Source of the DNA: Alphaproteobacteria bacterium
GTDB lineage: Bacteria; Pseudomonadota; Alphaproteobacteria; Bin95
Direction: 5' to 3'
DNA: 64,000 nucleotides
NCBI GenBank assembly: GCA_964291285.2
Contig: OZ219786.1
Span: 224,001-288,000, forward strand
In this document: piece after piece, positions 57,337-64,000 of the stretch
Layout: each line of letters begins with the position of its first letter
Numbering within the stretch: the stretch's first letter is position 1
Position numbers and translations under genes: made by a program
The notes under the pieces: model-generated
What the model was told of the DNA's origin: nothing
Databases searched by the model: none
What the model saw: the letters and a program-made list of their open reading frames with translations, nothing else

Positions 57337-58403
57337 CCCGAACAGCTCCCGACATTCAGGAACCCGAACGACCCCGTGCCCGAGACCGAGACGGAGCCGG
57401 AGACAGTGACGCCCGGCGCGGTGAGATTGCCGTCCGCATCGATGCTGTCGGCGGTGACCGCGCCGGCGATATCGGCGCTGCCGGCCTCCAGCGCGCCCGT
57501 GGCCGCGACGCTCGCGGCGCGCACATCGCCGGTGAACGCCGCATCGCCGCGGAAGTCGGCCGTGCCCAGCGCGGTGAAGCTCCCCGTCACCTCCACCGCG
57601 CCCGGCGCGGCGGCCGATCCCACCGACAGCGTCCCGCCGACCCGGAACGCGCCGGCGCGCAGTTCGCGCTCCACCTCCAGTTCGCCCGCCGTCAGCACCT
57701 TCACCCCGACCAGGTCGTTGCCGCCCATGTCGAGGCCGGTCTCCATGCGGGTTGCGTCCGGACAGCCGGGGCGGGCGCGCCGGAAGAGCGCGCCGCCGCA
57801 CACGGCCCCGGCATCGAGCTGGCGGTAGACCGCGAGCGCCATGGCGCGCGGATGGCCGCCGGCAGCGGCCCGGAACGCCGCCAGGTCCTCCTGCACGGTG
57901 GGGCCCCGGAGCAGGCCGGCCGCGTCCACCACGCCGAGCGCCTGGCGCCCGCGGGCCTCGAACGCCGCCTCCGCCGGCCAGCGCGCGTCGCCGTCCGGGA
58001 CCAGCTGCATCGACAGCAGCCGCAGCCGCCCGCCGCCCATCGAGACCGCCCAGGCCGCCGCCGGGCGCTTCATCGCGTCGCCCGCCCGGTCGAACCCCTC
58101 CGGCAGCAGCCTGTCCGTCCTGAGGCGGTCGATATCGATCTCGCGCGCCGCGCCGGCCGGCAGCGCCGCCCAGGTCCCCCAGTCCGCGCGGGCATGGGCT
58201 TCCGCCGCCTGCGCCAGCACGACCAGCTTGCGCGCCGCGCTCACGCCGTGCGCCGCCGCCATGCGGCCCTGCATCCAGAGCGCGAAGGCGAGCGCGATCA
58301 TCAGCATCACCACCACCGCCGCCAGCGCGCCGACCGGCGTCAGCCCGCGCCAGCGCCGCACCCGCAGCCGGCGTGCGAACCCCCGCCTCACCGCGGGCTC
58401 CAT
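57330..58403 (-). CDS. PilV-like minor pilin/adhesin
   Basis: Basic leader RRWRG-LTPVG then hydrophobic helix; LRTDRLLPEGF; LFRRARPGCPDATRMETGLDMGGNDL; Gly-rich beta tail ending CSGC. Confidence 0.75.
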   Translation of the reverse strand: MEPAVRRGFARRLRVRRWRGLTPVGALAAVVVMLMIALAFALWMQGRMAAAHGVSAARKLVVLAQAAEAHARADWGTWAALPAGAAREIDIDRLRTDRLLPEGFDRAGDAMKRPAAAWAVSMGGGRLRLLSMQLVPDGDARWPAEAAFEARGRQALGVVDAAGLLRGPTVQEDLAAFRAAAGGHPRAMALAVYRQLDAGAVCGGALFRRARPGCPDATRMETGLDMGGNDLVGVKVLTAGELEVERELRAGAFRVGGTLSVGSAAAPGAVEVTGSFTALGTADFRGDAAFTGDVRAASVAATGALEAGSADIAGAVTADSIDADGNLTAPGVTVSGSVSVSGTGSFGFLNVGSCSGC

Positions 58404-59581
58404 CCCGACGACCGGCAGCCGGTGCAGCCGCCGGCGGTGACCTCGCCCGGGTCCCGGAACGAGCCGCTGTCCGCGCCCATGGCGTCGGCCTCCACCCGGC
58501 CCGCCCGCGCGGAGGAGCGCGCCGCCAGCCGCCCGGCCGCGTCCATGCGTCCGGCGACCGCCATGCGGGCCGCCGCCGCGCGGCCCTCCACCCTGAGCCC
58601 GCCGCCCACCGACAGCATCCCGCCGATGTCGAACTGCCGGGACGCGCCGCCGCCGAAGCGGAACCCTCCGCTCGCCCCGATGCCGGCGCGCCCGGGGCCG
58701 CTCTCCAGTTCGAGCCGCGCCGCCTGCGCCTCGCCGGCGCTGACCGTCGGCGCCTGCCCGGAGCGGTCGGCCGCCGCATCCAGGCCCGCCGCGCGCCCGG
58801 CATTCCGCAGGTCGTGGCAGCGCCGCGCGGCCGGCGTCGCCGCCGCCCCGCAGTTCTCGCCCGGAACCACCGCCGCCGCGCCGTCGATCTCCGCCGCCGG
58901 CAGCAGCGCCTGCCCGGACGCCCCGGCATTGGGGCCGAACACCAGGTCCGCCTCCATGCGCGCCAGCTCCGGGCGCCCGCCCACCGCGCGCCTGTGCAGC
59001 CGGTCCGCATCGCGCGCCACGCCCCAGTCGCCGGTCGCGAACAGCGAGCCCGCCGGCAGCGGCCCCAGCACCGCCTCGACATCCGCAAGCCGGGCATGCA
59101 TCGCCGTCGCCTCGCCGCCGACCGCGCCCACCAGGTCGAGGCCGCCCATCGCCGCGCCCGCCCGCAGCGCCGGAGACCGGAACGAAAGCTCCGGACCCGT
59201 CAGCGCGCAGGCCGCCATCGGAACCCCGTCCGCCAGCACAACCCCGTAGGAGGCCGACGCCACCCCGCCGCCGACGCGGCCCACCGCGGCCATCCCGGCC
59301 GGCAGCAGCGACCAGCCCTGCAGTTCCGCCGGCGCCACCGCCCGCGCCGCCGCCGCCCGGCGCGACTGCACCGCCCGGTCGAGCGCCGCGCAGGTCATCG
59401 CCCACACGCGCCCCCGCTCGCGGTCCAGTTCCGCCAGACGCAGGCTGTCGCGCTCGCGGCTCCACGCCGCCGCCAGCACCGCCAGCGAGAGCACCGCCAG
59501 CAGCGCGCCCAGCGGCAGCGCCGCCCCGCGACCGGCGCCCCGGCGCAACCGGAAGGACAGCGAAGGGCGCACCCGCCTCAC
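58388..59581 (-). CDS. Second PilV-like minor pilin
   Basis: Basic leader and hydrophobic helix; LHRRAVGGRPELARMEADL motif; tail CTGC. Confidence 0.65.
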   Translation of the reverse strand: MRRVRPSLSFRLRRGAGRGAALPLGALLAVLSLAVLAAAWSRERDSLRLAELDRERGRVWAMTCAALDRAVQSRRAAAARAVAPAELQGWSLLPAGMAAVGRVGGGVASASYGVVLADGVPMAACALTGPELSFRSPALRAGAAMGGLDLVGAVGGEATAMHARLADVEAVLGPLPAGSLFATGDWGVARDADRLHRRAVGGRPELARMEADLVFGPNAGASGQALLPAAEIDGAAAVVPGENCGAAATPAARRCHDLRNAGRAAGLDAAADRSGQAPTVSAGEAQAARLELESGPGRAGIGASGGFRFGGGASRQFDIGGMLSVGGGLRVEGRAAAARMAVAGRMDAAGRLAARSSARAGRVEADAMGADSGSFRDPGEVTAGGCTGCRSSGWSPR

Positions 59582-59585
59582 CCGC

Positions 59586-60122
59586 TCACCCGAACACGAA
59601 GGACAGGTGGTTCGACGCCGCGCCCTCGTCGCAATTGTCGTTCAGCCACGCCAGGTCGCGCGACACCGGCGCGACCGCGCTGACCGTCGCCGGCGCGGCA
59701 GCCGCGACCAGCATCGCCACGATCCCCGAGCCCGAACGCGTGCGCCCCACATAGGCCTCGCCCAGCGCCTTGCAGGTCTCGTCGTCCAGTTCCTCGAAGG
59801 TGATCTGGAACCGCCCGCCATTGCCCCGGATCGACACCGCCGCCCCGAACGGGTGCTCGATCGTCGCAGTGCCACCCGTCCCCTTCCGGGCCCCGTCCGG
59901 AATCCGCCCGAACCCCGCCATCACCGGCACGATGTCGTCGTTGTTCGCCCCGTAGCTCGACTGGCTCGCATAGGTGCTCTCCACGTTCGCGCGCAGCATG
60001 TTCAGCAGGCGGATCGACTCGCCCTCCTTCAGCTTCGAGGTGATGCCGTTGTAGATGGCCACCACCACGACCAGGGCCACCAGGCCCGCGATCACGCTCA
60101 GCAACACTCCGACCGGATTCAT
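59586..60122 (-). CDS. pilS: PilS-like type IVb major pilin (copy 2)
   Basis: Hydrophobic N-terminal helix, YASQSSY, HPFG, disulfide pair; AGGAGG RBS. Confidence 0.8.
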   Translation of the reverse strand: MNPVGVLLSVIAGLVALVVVVAIYNGITSKLKEGESIRLLNMLRANVESTYASQSSYGANNDDIVPVMAGFGRIPDGARKGTGGTATIEHPFGAAVSIRGNGGRFQITFEELDDETCKALGEAYVGRTRSGSGIVAMLVAAAAPATVSAVAPVSRDLAWLNDNCDEGAASNHLSFVFG

Positions 60123-60207
60123 GCCGTCCTCCTCCTTCTCGCCGGGGCCGCGCCGCCGTCCCCGGCAGCCGGCGCCCTGTCCTGAAACCCGTTCACCGAA
60201 AGCCTTC

Positions 60208-60741
60208 TCACCCGAACACGAAGATCAGGTGGTTCGACGCCCCGCCCTCGTCGCAGTTGGCGTTCAGCCACGCCAGATCGCGCACGATCGGGTCTCCCCG
60301 GTGGACCCTGGTCGGCGCGGCCGCGCGCACCCGCATCCGCACGATCCCCGAGCCCGAACGCGTGCGCCCGACATAGGCCTCGCCCAGCGCCTTGCAGGTC
60401 TCGTCGTCCAGCTCCTCGAAGGTGATCTGGAACCGCCCGCCATTGCCCAGGATCGATACCGCCGCCCCGAACGGGTGCTCGATCGTCGCACTGCCGCCCG
60501 TCCCCTTCCGGGCCCCGTCCGGGATCCGACCGAACCCCGCCATCACCGGCACGAGGTCCGTGTCCGTCCCGTAACTGCTCTGGCTCGCATAGGTGGCCTC
60601 CACATTCGCGCGCAGCATGTTCAGCAGGCGGATCGACTCGCCCTCCTTCAGCTTCGAGGTGATGCCGTTGTAGATGGCCACCACCACGACCAGGGCCACC
60701 AGGCCCGCGATCACGCTCAGCAACACTCCGACCGGGTTCAT
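60208..60741 (-). CDS. pilS: PilS-like type IVb major pilin (copy 1)
   Basis: Near-identical to 59586-60122; directly follows pilR. Confidence 0.8.
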   Translation of the reverse strand: MNPVGVLLSVIAGLVALVVVVAIYNGITSKLKEGESIRLLNMLRANVEATYASQSSYGTDTDLVPVMAGFGRIPDGARKGTGGSATIEHPFGAAVSILGNGGRFQITFEELDDETCKALGEAYVGRTRSGSGIVRMRVRAAAPTRVHRGDPIVRDLAWLNANCDEGGASNHLIFVFG

Positions 60742-60753
60742 GCCCCTGCCTCC

Positions 60754-61818
60754 TCAGTAGTTCTGCACCGCGGTCGCGATGTCGAAGCTGACCCAGAAGA
60801 TCCACAGCATCTGCGCCGTGCCGAGCGTCATCAGCACCGTGTTCAGCACCATGGTCTTCGCCCGCATCACCGCCTCCGAGCGCTCGATCCAGCGCTCCAC
60901 GAAGCCCGCCAGCGTCTCCTCCCAGTCCGCCCGGCCCTCCATCGCCGCCGCCACCGCCACCAGCGACTTGTCCGGGAACTCGTGCCCGCTCGCGGCCAGC
61001 GCCGAACCGAACCCCAGACCCTCGTTCAGCATCAGCCCGCTCACACGCCGCATCCGCGAGCGCACATAGGACGACGCCCCGCGCTCGAACTGCGCGAACG
61101 TCGCCGCGTTCAGGTCCACCCCCACCCGCAGGAACTCCACGCACACGAACAGGAACCCCGAACCCGACAGCATCCGGTAGAGCGAGAACGGCGCGAACCG
61201 GTCCGCGAACGCCCGCCCCCGGCCCGTCCAGCGCAGCACCACCAGCCGCCCCGCCAGCACCGCCAGCACCAACAGCAGCCCCGCCTCCAGGTCGTGCGCG
61301 TAAAGACCCTCCGAGGCCCAGGCCAGAACCGCCGAGAACGCGTCCCAGCGCGACGGGTCGCTCACCGCGCGCATCGCCGGGAACACCTCGTAGCCCATGA
61401 ACCACGTCATGCCCGCGCAGCCCAGGAAGATCACCAGCGGCCAGAACAGCGCCATCGCAACCGCCCGCACCTGCTTCGCGCGCATCTCCGCCACCCGCGC
61501 CGCCGCCAGGAACAGCGTCTCCGCCCGCGCCCGGCCCAGGCCGTAGAACACCATCGCCTCCGAAGCCGGAACCCAGCGCGACAGCTCCACCGCGAACGCG
61601 TCGCCGCCCGCGGCCAGCGCCCTGTTCCAGTCCCGCAGCATCTCCACCCGGAACGTCTCGCGCGCCTTCGCACGCATCACCGCCTCGAGCGCCTGCGGCA
61701 TCTCCAGCCCGCCGCGCAGCAGGTCGTGCATCAGGTACCAGATGTCCACCCGCGCGCCCGTCCCGGCCGCCAGGAACCGGCGCGCCCGCAACCGCAACGC
61801 CGCCGCAAGGCGCCTCAT
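60754..61818 (-). CDS. pilR: PilR / GspF-family pilus platform protein
   Basis: WVPASE, PFSLYRMLSGSGFL, SALAASGHEFPD; three TM helices. Confidence 0.85.
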   Translation of the reverse strand: MRRLAAALRLRARRFLAAGTGARVDIWYLMHDLLRGGLEMPQALEAVMRAKARETFRVEMLRDWNRALAAGGDAFAVELSRWVPASEAMVFYGLGRARAETLFLAAARVAEMRAKQVRAVAMALFWPLVIFLGCAGMTWFMGYEVFPAMRAVSDPSRWDAFSAVLAWASEGLYAHDLEAGLLLVLAVLAGRLVVLRWTGRGRAFADRFAPFSLYRMLSGSGFLFVCVEFLRVGVDLNAATFAQFERGASSYVRSRMRRVSGLMLNEGLGFGSALAASGHEFPDKSLVAVAAAMEGRADWEETLAGFVERWIERSEAVMRAKTMVLNTVLMTLGTAQMLWIFWVSFDIATAVQNY

Positions 61819-63440
61819 GCCGCCGCCTCCGCCGCCACCGCCGCCAGACCCCGCAGCGCCTCGGCCGCCTCCGGGATCTCCGCCCCCTTCAGCAGCGCGT
61901 CCGCCGGGTCCACACGCCCCGCCGCCACCGCCCGCCAGATCCGCCGCCCCAGCGGAACCCCGCCCATGACGTCGACCCAGTGGTTCCACGCCCCGATCGC
62001 GTCACGCTTCCCCACTAACCGCAGGTAGCCGTCGTCAGGAACGATCCACTCCGCCACCGCCTGCTGGCCCTCGTAGCCCGCCCACGCCGCCAGAGAGAGC
62101 GCCGACTGGCCCGGACGGCGGCATGCGCCGCAGCCCTGCGGGTCGCGGTAGCGCACCCGCCCCCCCAGCACCGCCTCGAGCCCCTCCGGAAGCGTCCGGC
62201 CCTCCGGCAGGCCCGGACGCGAGCAATGGCGGCACAGCAGCGGCACCAGCGTCTGCTTCATCAGCAGGCGGATGTTGCCCCGCTTCGTCACCTCCGCCTC
62301 CGTCACCCCGAGGTCCATCAGCCGGAACAGGATGCCGTTCGCGCTGTGCACGTGGATCGTCGTCCACACCTGGTGGCCCGAGTCGATGAACTGCAGCACC
62401 TGGCGCGCCCCCGAACGGTCGCGGATCTCGCCCACCATCCCCGAAGCCGGGTGAAGCCGCACGAAATGCATCAGGCCCGCCTGGAAGTGCAGGTCGCGCT
62501 CCTCGCCCGCGCCCCCCGTCGGAACCGCGATCTGGACCGCGCCCTCTATGTCGTATTCGACCGGGTCCTCCAGCGTCACGAGGTTCAGACGGCCCCCGTG
62601 CTCGCGCATCTGCAGCGCCAGGTTCGTCGCCAGCGTCGTCGACTTCCCGTCCCCCGTCGTCCCCCCGATGACGATCCCGCCGTATTTCGACATCCGGATC
62701 TCGCGGAACAGGCTCTCCACCTCCTCCGTGAACCCAAGGTCCGCCAGCGTCCGCGCACTCCCGCCATGGTCGCGGTAGAACAGCCGCGCGAACAGGTGGT
62801 GGCCGTCCGGCTCGTCCGGACCCGCCTGGCAGCGCAGCGCCGCGATCTCCTCCGGCAGCGGAAACGCCTCCGAACGACGGATGCTGAACCCCTGGAAGCT
62901 GCCCCGCTGCAGCGAGGTCTGCCGCGACCCCTCGTCCTTCACGTAGAACAGGAACCCGTAGACCCGGTCCGCGTCGCTCGTCGTCAGAGCCTCGCCCAGC
63001 GCCAGCTTGCGGTCGTTCACGATCGCGAACACCCGGCACCCGTCCGCGCCCTTCTCGAACACCACATCGGAAGCCCGCGCCCGCGCCGCCTCCGTGAAGA
63101 TCCCCGCAACGCTCTCCACGATCGCCGGGTCGACCTCCGGACCCTCCGGACCCGAACCGTGGCCGCGCCACACCGCCGCCACCTCCTGAAGCGACGCCGC
63201 CTCCTCGCGCAACGGACCCCGAACCGCCCCCGAACGCTGCAACTCGACCAGAAGCGCCCGCGCCTCCTCGTCGTTCGCATAGCCCCGCGCGAACATCACC
63301 CGCCCGTCCGACCACACCGCGCAGCGCTCCCGGAACCGCGCGTCCATCCGCCCCCAGCGCACCAGACCCGACGGCAGGACCTCCGGCGCCGGCTCCCGGA
63401 ACAGCGCACGATGCCACAGCGGACGGCGACCGGCCGTCAC
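61815..63440 (-). CDS. pilQ: PilQ / GspE-family assembly ATPase
   Basis: ASDV, GTTGDGKSTT, TLEDPVE, GEIRD, SGHQVWTTIH, CxxC...CxxC. Confidence 0.9.
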   Translation of the reverse strand: MTAGRRPLWHRALFREPAPEVLPSGLVRWGRMDARFRERCAVWSDGRVMFARGYANDEEARALLVELQRSGAVRGPLREEAASLQEVAAVWRGHGSGPEGPEVDPAIVESVAGIFTEAARARASDVVFEKGADGCRVFAIVNDRKLALGEALTTSDADRVYGFLFYVKDEGSRQTSLQRGSFQGFSIRRSEAFPLPEEIAALRCQAGPDEPDGHHLFARLFYRDHGGSARTLADLGFTEEVESLFREIRMSKYGGIVIGGTTGDGKSTTLATNLALQMREHGGRLNLVTLEDPVEYDIEGAVQIAVPTGGAGEERDLHFQAGLMHFVRLHPASGMVGEIRDRSGARQVLQFIDSGHQVWTTIHVHSANGILFRLMDLGVTEAEVTKRGNIRLLMKQTLVPLLCRHCSRPGLPEGRTLPEGLEAVLGGRVRYRDPQGCGACRRPGQSALSLAAWAGYEGQQAVAEWIVPDDGYLRLVGKRDAIGAWNHWVDVMGGVPLGRRIWRAVAAGRVDPADALLKGAEIPEAAEALRGLAAVAAEAAA

Positions 63441-64000
63441 CGCGGGGCCCTCGACCGCCAGGGGAGCCGGTCGGCCCGCCAGCCCGTCACGCGCACCCCC
63501 GGAGGACGCGCCTCGACCGCAACCACCGCAACCCCGCCCGGAAGACTGTCGCCCCCCTCCACGCGCCACACCTTCTCGCCGTCCGTCACCGCCGCGCGCA
63601 GCGCTGCGCCCGATCCCGTCACCGCAAACCAGCCATAGTCCGGGGGCGGCTCCGGAGCCGGCGCCGTCCCGGCCTCCTCCGCACCGTCCGCCTCCTTGCG
63701 CGCCAGTTCCGCCTTTGAGGCCTCCAGCATCGCCTCATGCGCCGCGCGCACCCGCGCGTCCGCCTCGCGGCGCATCGTCTCCCGACGCAGCGCCTCGTCA
63801 GCACGCGCCGACGCCGACGCCCGCAGCGCCGCCGCAAGCTCCCGGTCCGATGCCACGATCTCCGCCAGAAGCGCCTGGCGGTCCCGGCACAGCGCCAGGA
63901 TCTCGCGCTCCAGACCCAGCGCCTCGCTGAACTCCCCCTCCTCCACCGCGGCCGACAGCATCCGCGCGATCGCCGACCGCGGACACTCGAACACACGCAG
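63437..64000 (-). CDS. Pilus accessory protein (PilP-like C-terminus), 5' end outside window
   Basis: VTGSGAALRAAV...VEGGDSLPGGVAVVAV C-terminal pattern; directly upstream of pilQ. Confidence 0.55.
   Translation of the reverse strand: MRVFECPRSAIARMLSAAVEEGEFSEALGLEREILALCRDRQALLAEIVASDRELAAALRASASARADEALRRETMRREADARVRAAHEAMLEASKAELARKEADGAEEAGTAPAPEPPPDYGWFAVTGSGAALRAAVTDGEKVWRVEGGDSLPGGVAVVAVEARPPGVRVTGWRADRLPWRSRAPR

Noticed and set aside
59586-60741. DGR template/variable repeat pair or shufflon
   Set aside because: Both copies are full ORFs with RBS, the differences include an indel and are not adenine-specific, and no reverse transcriptase or Rci-like gene is adjacent in this window.

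Overview
This very GC-rich (proteobacterial-looking) window is almost entirely one mosaic integrative/conjugative island. Left: a 3' fragment of an outer-membrane (DUF560/Slam-like) gene, two coupled tyrosine integrases, and a leading-region-like block (small ORF, tandem C4 zinc-finger-repeat protein, SSB, DUF2493/SLOG, hairpin-rich spacer, RHH protein). Middle cargo: an intact ISAs1 with a 10-bp TSD, and a restriction-like SNF2 helicase-nuclease / DUF1156 methylase / DUF499 ATPase operon with two PIN toxin-antitoxin pairs plus a TIGR02391-like gene. Next comes a second, inverted paralogous block (zinc-finger-repeat protein, small ORF, SSB) whose genes share a conserved upstream motif. Right: a MOBF (TrwC-like) relaxase and a VirD4-type coupling protein, both hit by IS elements, then a Dot/Icm (MPF-I, type IVB) secretion cluster and a type IVb pilus cluster running off the window. 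The most novel-looking items are the duplicated zinc-finger-array modules, an array of five paralogous membrane proteins, leaderless Glu5-less tandem pilins, and the MOBF+VirD4+Dot/Icm+type IVb pilus combination. All family assignments come from motif recognition by eye; no searches were run.
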